64,000 bases of DNA, from contig OZ024743.1 in assembly GCA_964016885.1 (NCBI GenBank), positions 167,772,001-167,836,000 of the forward strand. Reading direction: 5' to 3'. The first letter of the stretch is position 1. Each line of letters begins with the position of its first letter. The DNA comes from Eledone cirrhosa. Taxonomy: Eukaryota. This document shows, in pieces, positions 38,775 through 51,419 of this stretch. The notes below the pieces were generated by a model that saw nothing but the letters and a program-made list of their open reading frames with translations, was not told the DNA's origin and did no database searches. The position numbers and the translations under genes were made by a program.

Positions 38775-40600
38775 GTGTGTGCACAATGGGAGGAGCAAAG
38801 TGCTGGGCTGATCATCGACTAGTCAGAGCCAAACTCACTCTCAACTATAACAACAAAAGTTAGACACTGAAGGACCAAAGAAAATTAATGTAGCAAATTT
38901 CAAGTGTCGATATCTACAATTTTCCTCGTGAATTAGATAATATCACACTTAAACCGAACAATCTTTGGGACGATTTGAAGATAAAATTTTTCGAGGCAGC
39001 ATCTTCATCAGTTGGTAAGTGATCAAACAAATCCAATGACCAGTCTACAGATAACAACCCTGAAATATACTACTTACTAATGGACAAGCAAATATTTTGT
39101 CAAAAACTTCTTCCTCTATCAATTAAGCAACTAAAACGAAAAATGCAAAATGTTTTGAGAAATATTAAGCAGCAATGGTGGCAAGACAAAACCAAGCAAG
39201 CACAAGAGACACTAATGTATTGCAAGGACACTAATGCATCTTCTCCCACAATAAAGAAGCGTAGGGTTCACAATCTCTTCAATAACTCCAGTAAAAACTG
39301 CAGATGGTCAGTCACTCTTGACTGATATTATCTCCATTCAGAACGGCTGGGTAGAACACTTCTCTGAACTTCTTAACAGGCCCTCCAGCATAAAGATTAT
39401 TGAATCAATGAAAAGCTACCCAATTGTAGATGAAATGGCATTAGAATCATCATCTTGAAATACGTTTCCGCTGTACAGAAATTAAATAGCAATAAATCTC
39501 CTGGCCTGGATGGCATTAATCTCGAGGTTCTCAAGTACGGAGGTGAGAAAATGGTAGAACATTTAAACGCTGTAATACTCCATTGTTGGAGGAAGGAGGA
39601 AGTACCACAAGACTGGGTGGATATTACGTTGGTATCTCTTTTCAAATCTGATGCCAAAGATCAATCTGGTAATTTTAGGGACTTTACCTATTTTCTGTTG
39701 CCAGTAAGCTTCTAGCACGTGTCCTTTTTGAACAGCTTGAGAAGTTCATAGTCGCAAGAGTCGTATCAGTGTCGCAATGTGGTTTTCTTGTGAAAACATT
39801 TTTTCTTCCTAGTTTGTGTTATTTGTACTCTTCTGAAGCATGGGCGTGTTACAAATATCACTTTAGACTCCTGGGGCATTTCCATAAAAAATTATTACGC
39901 CATATTCTGAAAATAAAATGGAATTCATTCACTCCTGGCTCTGATATTCTAGGTGCATTTTGTATTTATTTTATCCAGACAACAATTTTGAAAACCAACT
40001 GCAGTGATCTTGACATAGTCCGCATGACTGACGAGCGTAGACCTAAGCAACTGTTTCATGGGGAACTTGCTCAGGGAAAACGAAAAGAGAGTAAGCCAAA
40101 GAAAAGTTTCAAGGACGCATTTAAGGCGAACTTGAAGAATGTATGAATTGACCCCAGAAACCTGGAAAGTCTCACAGTGGATCGCTCTACCTGACATTCA
40201 AAAATGTGGGATGGTGGAAAATATTTGAGCAAAACAGGCTAATGCAAATAAGAGGAATATAAGGAAAATAAACAGCCACTAAGGGAATATGGAATTATTG
40301 TAACTTTCTCTACTTGTGCAGTTTGTGGCAGAATCTGCCTGTCAGAGGCTGGACTTCAATATCATATAAGAGCACACAATAGGACACTCCATACTGACTA
40401 TAGAATATACAAACCAGTTCACCCTTTTCAATGTTACATATGCCACAAGATCAACAAACCTCAAGTAGGTCTAAAGAGACATTTCAAGGTACATCAAGAT
40501 ACACAGGCAGACCAATCTGCACCAAAATATGCAACGTATCTGGACAGGTTTTGAAATGTATGTCTGGTCAAATAAGCCACACAAGATCTCATGCAAGAAC
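38775..40600 (+). pseudogene. Old RTE-clade LINE relic, RT core deleted near 39790, three C-terminal C2H2 fingers
   Basis: CWADHRLV, KSPGLDGI..EVLKYGG, VPQDW, RM..R.PKQLFHGEL..GKR. Confidence 0.82.
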
Positions 40601-40649
40601 TTAGCATGATGTACACAGAAGTTGTCAATCTTTGTATTGAGCGAATATG

Positions 40650-41650
40650 TATACATACACACACGATGGCTGTCCCCTCGTTATCGAGTATGGCCATTGC
40701 ACGATATAACATTATTAATAATTATCGATTAATGCTATCGTGCAATGCCTGTGCGTGAAGATTTTTTTAAAGTAAGGAAAGACTGTGCACTAAGCCAATC
40801 CCACTCTCTGAGCGACATTAGCTATGACCAGAAAAGAAGAAAAGATCAACATCATCGGCAACTACTGAGCAGGAGCTTTTATGTCGGAGTTATCCCAGTT
40901 TCCTGAGTTGGCTTCTCCTAGAAGAATGCTCTGTCAAAGGCTAAGGTTCCTTCATTCCAAGTGGTTTAACCGAGTGATCGGGTATCCAGTCCGATTATTT
41001 CTATATCCTCGCGCATATACATATGCATACACATACATACATGGTGGCTGCCAACTCGTTTTCGAGTACGGCCACTACTTTATATCCATGTAGGAGAACC
41101 CCTACCGATGCGCTGAACGAGTGTGACTTTTCAGTCCGGCCAGCGACTTGAAAACTTTGGTACAAACACTACACTTGTGACAATTATTGACACATAGTGC
41201 TGGGCCCATGGTACCATGTGACGACAAGTGCAGAGAGATCTCCAGATATAAAGCAATGCCTGTGCCGTGAAGCTTTTATAGTGAGCAAAGGCACTGCACA
41301 AAGCCATTCCCACTCTCTTAACCAAGATGATATTTACCAAAAAGAAGAACAAGTCAACATCATTGGATACCATCAGGGTTGCAGGTGTTATATCAGAGTT
41401 TTCCTTCTCCTAGAATTCTACCTTGACAAAGGCTAAGGGGTCATCTCTCCCGGTGATTTTGGATGGCCATTGACTCTTAAGAGTTCCTTTGCCCTTTGAC
41501 AGGTTTTGTTTTTAGTCCTGCAGGATGTCCAAAGTCACCCTCCTCACCAAGAAACCTTGGTGGGTTGCCAGTTTAGTCGCCAACGACCCGACCATGGGAC
41601 AGGTTGTACTGGGATACATGTTACCAGTAGCACCAACTGGTGACCTGACA
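40650..41650 (-). mobile_element. Two copies/subfamilies of the (TATG)n-tailed non-coding repeat
   Basis: Reverse-complement similarity to 11005-11630. Confidence 0.72.
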
Positions 41651-41764
41651 TACATACATACATACATACATACATACATACATACATACATACATACATA
41701 CATACATACATACATACATACACACATACATACATACAGACATACAGACATACATACATACATC

Positions 41765-43212
41765 TCACAATGTGTTTGCTGTGCCTGTCCTAACACCAAC
41801 CTTTGGAATACTCAATTGGACGATAGACGAAATCCGAGCAATTGATGTTAGAACTCGTAAAATACTAAACAACACCGGAAACTTCCACATCAACAGTGAC
41901 CTAGACCGCCTTTACTTGAAACGTAAGCAGGGAGGCAGAGGCCGAACATCAATCTAGACAGCATTTGAATGTCGCATCATATCTCTACGACAACATCTAT
42001 GAACCTCAAAGCTTAGGAGCCCGTCTCTCGAGCAAGTCTATCTGCATGAGACAGATAAGATCATGAGAGTTGGGAAGGAACTCCTTGAAGGATATTCCTG
42101 TGTGATAATCAAAAACTCACACCCAGGGAAGTCGCTCAACAGTATCGCAGTGAATCCATGGATGAAAAACTGCATGCTTATCAGCAAAAAATCATGTATG
42201 GATATGTTGCCAGGAAGCTCCAGATTGAGAGTAATATAGATAATGAAAGTAGTCTATCTTGGACCAACAACCGCTATATTGGCTCCCACTTTGAAGGATA
42301 CGCTTTTGCAATCCAAGAACAGGAAATCAACACGAAATACCTGATTCACAAAATATATAGGGATGCAGGCAAAACACCTAGATGTGATAACAAGTGCAGA
42401 CTCTGTAGAATAACATCGAAGATGTCACCCATGTCTTAAGCAGCTGTCCAAAGATGTCATCGCGGTACTATCTACCTATGAGGTATGATGTAGTGGCCAA
42501 AACACTGTACGATGCAGTCCGTAGAAAAGATAGCCCCGATAATAAACATTAAAAGTTACAGCAATATGGAAGACATATATATACATAATATGAAAGAGTA
42601 CTGGTGGAATGTTCCAGTAAAAACCCCAATAAAATGCAGGCATAACAGACCAGACATAATGTTATGGAACAGGGAGAAGAAAGCTTGCACAGTAGTGGAA
42701 ATTAGCTCCCCAGCAGATGCCAATATATCACAGATTAGCGAAAAGGAGAATATTTATGCAGAACTGATGAGAAATCTGCAGATACTCCACCCTGATTATA
42801 CCTTCTGATTTATGCCTGTTATTATTGGGGCACTGGGATATGTTAGTAACTGCCTCAATACAAATCTTAAGAAGCTGGGCTTCACAGAAACAGAAAGAAC
42901 ACAACTAGTTAGGAAATTACAAGTACAATCCATTAATGGAACAGTAAAAATATGTAAAACATTCCAAAAAATTTGCATATACACATGTACAGATACAAAG
43001 CATATACACATGCACACATACAACTCAAAACATCCACATCCACACATATAATAACATCCATACCTACACATGCATGCATGCAGACATGCATACATATCTA
43101 CCTAGTTGATGTGTAAATTCCAATGAGTGACTCTTGTAACTATGTTATAAACCGACTCTCTCTCTCTCTCTATTGGCAACAACTTGTGAAATTATAAAAC
43201 CAGAGGAACGAA
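41765..43212 (+). mobile_element. R4/Dong-like RLE retrotransposon, 5'-truncated
   Basis: NWT..EI..IDVRTRKIL..G.FH..SD.DRLYL.RKQGGRG; AIQEQEINT; CRLC...H...CP; NRPDI..VE..P..EKENIY; PVIIGALG. Confidence 0.88.
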
Positions 43213-43227
43213 CATACATACATACAT

Positions 43228-44573
43228 ATGTTAGAACTCGTAAAATACTAAACAACACCGGAAACTTCCACATCAACTTGAAGCGTAAACAGGGAGGCAG
43301 AGGCCTAACATTAGTCCAGACAGCATTTGAATGTCGCATCATATCTCTCCGACAACATCTACGAACCCCGAAGCGTAGGAGCCCGTCTCTGGAGCAAGTC
43401 TATCTGCACGAGACAGATCATGAGAGTTGGGAAGGAACGCTTTGAAAGATATTTCCTGTGTGTTAATCAAAAACTCACATCCAGGGAAGTTGCTCAGCAG
43501 TACAGCAGTGAATCCATGGATGAAAGACTGCATGCTTATCAGCAAAAAAATCAAGCGTGGATATGTTGCCAGGAAGCTCCATAGTGAGAGTAATATAGAT
43601 AGAGAAAGTAGTCTATCTTGGATCAACAACCGCTATATTGGCTCCCACTTTGAAGGATACGCTTTTGCAATCCAAGAACAGGAAATCAACGCGAAATACC
43701 TGATTCACAAAATAGATAGGGATGCAGGAAAAACACATAGATATGACAACTAGTGCAGACTCTGCAGAACTAACATCGAAAATGTCACTCATGTCATAAG
43801 TAGCTGTCCAAAGATGTCATAGCGGTACTACCTACCTATGAGTCAGGATGTAATGGCCAAAACACTGTACAATGCAGTCCGTAGAAAACATAGCCCCGAT
43901 AATAAAACTACAGCAACGTGGAAGACATACATATACATAATATGAAAGAGTACTGGTTGAATATTCCAGTAAAAACCCGAATAAAATGCAGGCATTGCAG
44001 ACCAGATATAATGATATGGGACAGGGAAAAGAAGGCATGCACAGTAGTGGAAGTTAACTGCCCAGCACATGCCAATATAATATCAAAGATTAGCGAAAAG
44101 GAGAATATTTATGCAGAACTGATGAGAAATCTGCAGATACTCCACCCTGACTATATCTTCAGATTTATGGCTGTTATTATTGGGACACTGGGATATGTTA
44201 GTAACTGCATCAATACAAATCTTGAGAAGCTGGGCTTCACAGGAACAGAAAGAACACAACTAGCTCGGAAATTACAAGTACAATCCATTAATGGAACAGT
44301 AAAAATATGTAAAACATTCCAAAAATGTTGCATCTAATAACTGCATATACACATGTACAGATACAAAACATATGCACATGCACTCATACAACTCAAAACA
44401 CACACCCACACATACAAGAACATTCATACCTGCACACACATGCATGCATGCAGACATGCAGACATATCTACCTATTTAATGTTGTGTATATTCCCAGGAG
44501 AGAGTATTGTAACTATGTTAGAAACCGACTCTCTCTATTGGCAGAAATTTGTGAAATTATAAAACCAGAAGAA
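43228..44573 (+). mobile_element. R4/Dong-like RLE retrotransposon, second tandem 5'-truncated copy
   Basis: Homologous to 41845-43212; separated from it by (CATA)n. Confidence 0.88.
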
Positions 44574-44611
44574 CATACATACATACATACATAGACATGT
44601 ACATACATCGC

Positions 44612-45362
44612 ACTTTGTCAGGTTTTGTTTTTAGTCTTGTAGGGTATCCAAAATCACCCTCCTCACCAAGTAAACTTCGTGGGGTTGCCGGTTTAGTCGC
44701 CGACGAATCGACCATGCGACAGGTTGTACTGGGTTACATGTTACCAGTAGCACCCGAGAGTTGCCCGACATACATACATACATGATGGTTGCCCCTTCGT
44801 TATCGAGTATGGCCATTGCACGATATACCATTATTAATAATTATTAATTAATTTTATCGTGCAATGCCTGTTCGTCAAGATATTTATTAAAGTAAGGAAA
44901 GACTGCACTGAGCCAATCCCACTCTCTGAGCGACAGTTGCTATAACCAGAAAAGAAGAAAAGATCAACATCATCGTTAACTACTGAGCTGCAGGTTTTAT
45001 CTCGGAGTTGTCCCCGTTTTTTCTGAGTTGCCTTCTAGAAGAATGCCCTAACAAAGGCTAGGGTCCTTCACTCCTAGTGGTGTTAACTGCGCGATCGGGT
45101 GTCAAGCCCAACTATTTCTATGTCCCCGCGCATATACATACACATGCACCCATGCATATACATACATACACATGTACATACATATTTACACATTTTTGGA
45201 TGGCCGTTGACTCTTATGAGTTCTTCCGCTCTTTGACAAATTTTGTTTTATTGTCCTGCAGGGAGTCCAAAACCACCCTCCTCACCAAATAAACTTCGGG
45301 GGTTAGCCGGTTTAGTCGCTGACGACCCAACCATGCGTCAGGTTGTATTGTGTTACATGTTA
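44612..45362 (-). mobile_element. Tandem copies of the (TATG)n-tailed non-coding repeat
   Basis: 44612-44770 (5' part) and 44783-45362 match 11005-11630. Confidence 0.72.
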
Positions 45363-45364
45363 CA

Positions 45365-46135
45365 AGGGGATGCAGAAAAATTATATGAAAGACGTAAAAT
45401 AAGAAAATTTTATTCCCTTACAGAAACTAATTAGTTGGAGTGAAAATTTTAGTAGGTAAGTTAATTTTAAAATGTTCTTATTTTACGTCTTTCATATAAT
45501 TTTTCTGCATCCCCTTGCATAGAACCACAAAGGTACTAAGACATAACATATATATTTGCTAGCATAGGTATACATCTGTATACATATGTTGGTAGATATA
45601 CTAATTCTCTATATTTATCTCCAAATTATTTGTTGAGCAAAACTTGCCGAAATTACTACTATGGTTCATGGTAGTAGTTAGGCTCTTGTCTTATTACCAC
45701 TCCACTCCTCACTTATTAACCTCAGTGTTACGTGATTGATTCTTTGGAATTTGCCACTGACCAAGTAGGCAGTGAATTTTTTCAGTGCCCTGGAATCTAG
45801 TCCCCGCTCGCTTTTTTAAATCCACTGAATTATTAGTTTTATATGGGTTCCTAGTGTCCGCGCATTGCCTGGGAACTTAGCTGAGAATAGACTCCCTGAT
45901 GACGTAAGGATTTCTCTATAGTTGCGTTGCGTAACTATATTTATTCCCTTACAGAAACTAATTAGTTGGAGTGAAAATTTTAGTAAGTTAATTTTAAAAT
46001 TTTCTTATTTTACGTCTTTCATATAATTGTTCTGCATCCCCTTGCATAGAACCACAAAGGTACTAAGACATAACATATATTTGCTAGCATAGGTATACAT
46101 CTGTATACATATGTTGGTAGATATACTAATTCTCT
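45365..46135 (+). mobile_element. ORF-less element with ~200-bp direct repeats (531-bp period), a hammerhead and a short 5' fold-back
   Basis: 45411-45610 repeats at 45942-46135; 45365-45410 is inverted relative to ~45468-45516. Confidence 0.7.
45891..45972 (+). ncRNA. Type I hammerhead ribozyme (family 5)
   Basis: actcc-CTGATGA-cgtaagg...ccttaca-GAAA-ctaattag-TT-ggagt. Confidence 0.78.
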
Positions 46136-46206
46136 TTCTCTCTCTCTCTCTATATATATATTAAAATACAAATATTAATAAAATAGATGTTCTTTTGATC
46201 AATTAA

Positions 46207-46260
46207 ATGTTATTATACATATTTCGAAGGTACAACCGTACGTCCTCATCAGACAAAATA
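46207..46260 (-). ncRNA. Minimal type I hammerhead ribozyme (family 1)
   Basis: tattttgt-CTGATGA-ggacgtac ggtt gtaccttc-GAAA-tatgta-TA-ataacat. Confidence 0.82.
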
Positions 46261-47407
46261 TAATTATACATGACATACCCTGAGATGTTAAATGGTTAAG
46301 ATTTAATCAAGGTAGTGATTAACCTAAGAGAAAATTCAGCATTTATACCCTAATAATGAGAAAATGCGAAAACGTAATAAATTCAATAATTCAATAGAGA
46401 ATGTGTGAGTAAGAAAAACGTTGGTTAATGTGACAGCTATAGAGATTTTAAAATGTAGGATACTACAAGTTATCTAGGAAAACATCTCCTGAATTCTAAC
46501 TGTCCATAAGGGCCGCTGAAAGAGGATTTAAAGAGAGGGAAAGATAAAGGGGAGTAATATATGCAGAAAGTGATTTTTTCCCAAAAGCTAAACGGTTAAG
46601 TTTAAAAATATTTAATTTATGTTATTTTAAGGGTGAAGAATCAAGATTTTATTTTTTTTAAAAAAGTTGCTGGTTATTTATATTTATTAATTTTATAGAT
46701 TCTATAAGTGTATTAACATTTCTAAACTTCTGAATTTTATGAGGATAAAATTTAAAGGATTTACCTGGCCAGCGAAAGGAAAATTTACACTGTTGAATAT
46801 TTTCCTAAATGTAAACTTTAACGAAGATTACCTATAAAAATGTCAACATTTTCGGTATGTAAAGCTTATGAAATGCTTATTGTTAGAAATATTTAAATAA
46901 CGATTATGTATATAGATATATATTTATGAGCCAGTATATTTTTGGTAAATGATAACGAATATAAAATAATAGATTGAAGCATGCTAAAGTTAAATAGATA
47001 CCTATATATAAAAGGGTGTAAATGCACGAATTATTCACAGTTCAAAATAAATAATAATCAAAAAATTTAGAAGTTATCTAAAAATTATGTATAGAGAGAT
47101 ACAGGGAGGTATATATAGATATATATTAAGTATTAGTGAAGCTGTATACTTTAGGTAAATGATAACAATTATAATCTTATATAATAGATTTCAACGTGTT
47201 ACAGTGAAATACATACATATATATATAAGAAAAATAATAATAAATGCATGGATAATTCAGAGTTCAAAATAAAGTCCGTAATAATTTATAGTTTGGATAT
47301 TTGCTCTATATTTGAATCATGGATATAAAAATACGGTAGGTATATTTAAAAATTTACAAAAGGCTTAAGTTGGACAAGATTTCATACTTTTTGGTCTGGT
47401 TCAAGAT

Positions 47408-47444
<37 letters not shown>

Positions 47445-47531
47445 TCGTTTACTCTTTTACCTGTTTCAGCCATCCGGCTGAGGCCATGCTGGGGCACCGC
47501 ATATATATATATATATAATATATATATATAT

Positions 47532-50418
47532 AACGAAGGAGGTGTGGTAAGGAACCAGAGTACTCAATACTTAGGGTAGTAGAGTGGGTAATAGGAAAAA
47601 GATTAACCCCGACGGCAGAGCTCAAGCCGTTTCGACGGCTATTTCTGGACTAAATAGAATTTTTAGCGTGGTAAACAAATAGCCGAGCTTTTCAAGGGGT
47701 AATTCCTTATATGGAAAGATTGTAGTTGTCAAAAGGATTGGTCAAAATTTCTTGTAAACACAATGAAATCTTACATGGCAGTGGGTGGGAGGTGGGGTGG
47801 CTGAGCTTGCCTATAGAACAATGAGGAAGTGGGCTGAGCCGGTCAAGCGTTGAAAGTGAATTCTATACAGCAAATTCTAAAGAGTGTGTATGAAATTAGG
47901 CTAGATAGGAAACAGGCGAAAAAGGATTCTGGAGAAAATAGAGAGGGGACGTTATAGAATAGGTTAATTAATTAAGATGAGAAATAATAAATAAATAAAT
48001 AAATATAAATAATAAAATAGTATAGTAAAAAGTAATAAAAAAAATCTCTAGAGACTAAAGCAGCTGCTATATTTAGTTGGTATTGCGTTTTCGACCAATG
48101 CTATATATAATTTACTGGGGTGGGGGTACTGATGCTACAAAAGCCCGATGGGCTGCCTCGGGTAGGCGAAAGAGGAAAAAGGAAACGGAAGAGAATAGGG
48201 AGTGGAAGGAAGTGATAGGAGTAGATAAAGGGAAGAAGAAAAGAAAAAAGAAAAGAAAATGAGTACATCTACCTATGTTAGCTGGGGTTTCCCCTATCTT
48301 GTTCGGCAAGTGGGGAAAAGGAGGATGTTGCAGCCATTGTCTATCCACCAGGGTCATGAGGGGGTTTAAGGGCGAGGTAAGTCCTACGCAATCGGTGTTT
48401 ACATGCAGTTACAAGTTCGTCTTTTTTGTTTAGGAATTGGTCCTTCGTAAACGCATTTGTAATGTTTCCTCCGAGCATAAGTTACACGGACGGCGTCCTC
48501 CCGTGTAGGGGTTAGCCCTGGACAGTAAGCTCCAAGTAAGATTATATGTTATGTTATTATCTTGTAGGTCCCAGATGTTGCCCGACGGTGTAGTGGCATG
48601 TCGCCGGGCCGGGTTTCGGAACATATGTCCGTGTTGGAAGAGCCGGGTCTTAAAGTCACAAGCGGTTAATCCTATATAGGCTTTGTTGGAGGTTTCCGTC
48701 CTCACGTTGCATTGATAGACCACGTAACGTTCTCGGCATCTGTTGGGGGCACGTAGATTTATCAGGGCAGTTTCACCTCCTGGTCGGCTCTCCACTAATG
48801 TCTAGGTTGTTTCTTCCATAGGGGTTGAGTTTCTTGTTGTTTGAGCAGGCAATGTTTTGTGCAAAGTTGGGTGTGGTGCTGTAGGAGAGTTTGATAGTGT
48901 TTTTGTTGATTATGTTGTGGTAGCCGTGTTGTGGTGGGAAGTGTTTTTCGAGGAGCCTAAAGAAGATTTTCCCGATAGATGTTGCCACCTCGGCATTGTG
49001 GAAAGGGTTGAACCACGTTACTTGGCGTGAGCGGCGGCGTCGTCTGCTGGTTCCGCTAAGGGAAGCTGGATAAAAGGAGATTTCCCCCCGAAAGCCGCTT
49101 CGCTTGAGTGCCTGGTTGTAATGAGGCGCATATTCATCGAATATCTTCTCATTAACGGACAAACGAGATATGCGGAGGGAGATGTTTTTAACCAGGTTAT
49201 TGGTGATGTTTCTAGGATGGTTAGAGCGGTGGTGGATGTAGTGCAGGTTGTCGTTTGGTTTCCTGTATGAGTAGTACCAATCATTTTCGAGGTTGATGGT
49301 AACGTCCAGGAAATTGACTCGGGTTAGGGACGTTTGTAGGGTGATTTTAAATCCCCAGTCCCGGAAGAAGTTGATTAGTTGTTTACGGACCCGGTCTGCA
49401 CTACTGGGGTTGTACCCTTTGACGGTAAGGAGCCCATCGACTCGGTACAATCCACTGCCGAATGCAGGAAACATTTCGGTGAGTTTATATAGTGGGAATA
49501 ATCCTAAAAGATCGGTCACCTCGGCCGAAAACTTTACCTTCGGATGTTCACGCAAAAATCGGCCTGTTTGCGAAAAGACTGAGATGGAGAACATTTTTCT
49601 ACGATAGATACCGTGACAACCAGGACTTCGACACCAAGGAGAGATTCGGATTCAATAATTACAAATCTTCCCCACCGAACCCTATGCTCTCACCATTCGA
49701 GAACGACCTCTTCCACCTGGTCTAGGGTATAACATTCAAATCCAGACACAACCGATTCCTACAACAACTCCGTAGCAAAATAACGGAGTATGAAAGCACC
49801 AACGATATCCTGATCTATTCGGACAAAACTGGAAACCTCTATTTCGTCAACCCTGACCGATACCACACACTGATCAGGAGCAGCCTGAACTCCACCTACA
49901 AAAAGACTAACCATTCAATAATGGATGACAGAAATCTAGATGGACAACAAATTACCTCCAGCCTCGGGGTCGCCGACCGCACTGAACCCCTCGACAAACG
50001 GACTACCTACTTCACCCGAAGGACCACAAATCCGACTTCGACCGCAAACCAGGCTTATAAACCCGACGAAGTCGAACATAGGGAGAATCGGTAAAAAGAT
50101 GCTAGACCGCGTTATACCAAAAGTTAAGCAAAACGCTAGACTTAGCCTATGGGTCAGAACCCAGGAAGTCATCGCATGGTTCAGGAATATTAAGGACAAA
50201 CAGGACACCAAATTCATCTAGTTCGACATAGAGAGTTACTACGCCTCTATTACCTTACTGTTCCTTATGGCCGCTTTGGACTTTGCCAAAACACTCAAAC
50301 CCATCACCGACCAGGAAAGAAACATCATTCTTCACGCCAGGAATACAGTCCTCCTTTACGACAAGTCCAAGTGGATAAAGAGAGCTCCCGACTCCCTCTT
50401 CAACGTCAGTATGGGCGC
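47532..50418 (-). mobile_element. PLE family A, copy 2: 3' half on the minus strand (49529-47532), 5' half inverted (49530-50418, +)
   Basis: ORFs 48773-49594 and 48430-48795 (-) match 25272-26444; 49535-50418 (+) matches 24370-25265; pLTR with degenerate HHR at 47606-47700. Confidence 0.9.
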
Positions 50419-51210
50419 TGGTGGAAAGTGTATATGTGTATGTGTATGTATATATGTATGTACATGTGTGTAAGTCCGTATATATGTATGTATATGTGTA
50501 CGTATGGATGTGTGTGTGTGCGTGTGTATGCATGAGAGCGTGTGTGTATATATGTATATATATATGTATATGTATATATATGTATATATATATATGCGTA
50601 TGTATGTACACATATATATGTATGTATGTATATATATGTATATATTTGTATATATGTATGTGCGTATGTACCATCATGTATGTTTGTTGTGTGTGTGCCT
50701 GCCTGTGTGTGCGTGCGTGTATGTGTGTGTACGTGTGTAAGTGGGCGCGTGTGTGAATGTACTTGATGACACCTGGAATATATATTAAGAGAAACTTCAC
50801 CGCCACAACACTTGAATCTGCTGATGGAACCCTTTCTGCCTTTGTCACCCTTATTTCAGCCTTAAAGAATTAGCTTCTAAAGAATTTCCCCATTCTTTAA
50901 ACCATTGATCCCCACCCATCCTGTAGACACCTCTTTTAGAGGCATTGTTAGTGTAAGTGATAAACTAGGATTGGTATTCCAAATTTGAATTTGTTTACAG
51001 TATTCTTTCTGCCTTTGTTAATATTATAGCTTTAAAGAATTAGCTTTTAATGAACTCCCTTTTCTTTAAACCCTTCAACCAATGACCTCCACCCATCCTA
51101 ATCCCCACCCTCTCCTACCACCAGAAAAGAAAAGATATAAATACCACTAATGTGATTTCTTACGAATGAAACAGTTCTAGTCCTGTAGAAGCTCTTCTAT
51201 ATTAAAACTA
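50419..51210 (+). repeat. Solo copy of the PLE-C pseudo-LTR/UTR (direct repeat of 54300-55150); HHR 5' half deleted
   Basis: Near-identical to 54300-55150; keeps ..gaat-GAAA-cag..ctg-TA-gaag. Confidence 0.85.
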
Positions 51211-51363
51211 TATATATATATATATATATAAGCAAGAAAGTAAGTGTTGGTAAAATCCAGTACTTCAGTATGCGGATAGGGAGCACTCAACGAAGATATA
51301 AGTTCCGTAGTTATAATAGTGACAAAACATAAGTCAATTGCATGAATTCATAATCCTTTATTT

Positions 51364-51419
51364 ACTGCTATATATATGTCGATGATAGCCATTGAATGGC
51401 TATGACCTCATCAGGCAGT
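51364..51419 (-). ncRNA. Hammerhead (family 6), GAAA mutated to GACA
   Basis: actgc-CTGATGA-ggtcatagcca ttcaa tggctatcatc-GACA-tatata-TA-gcagt. Confidence 0.65.
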
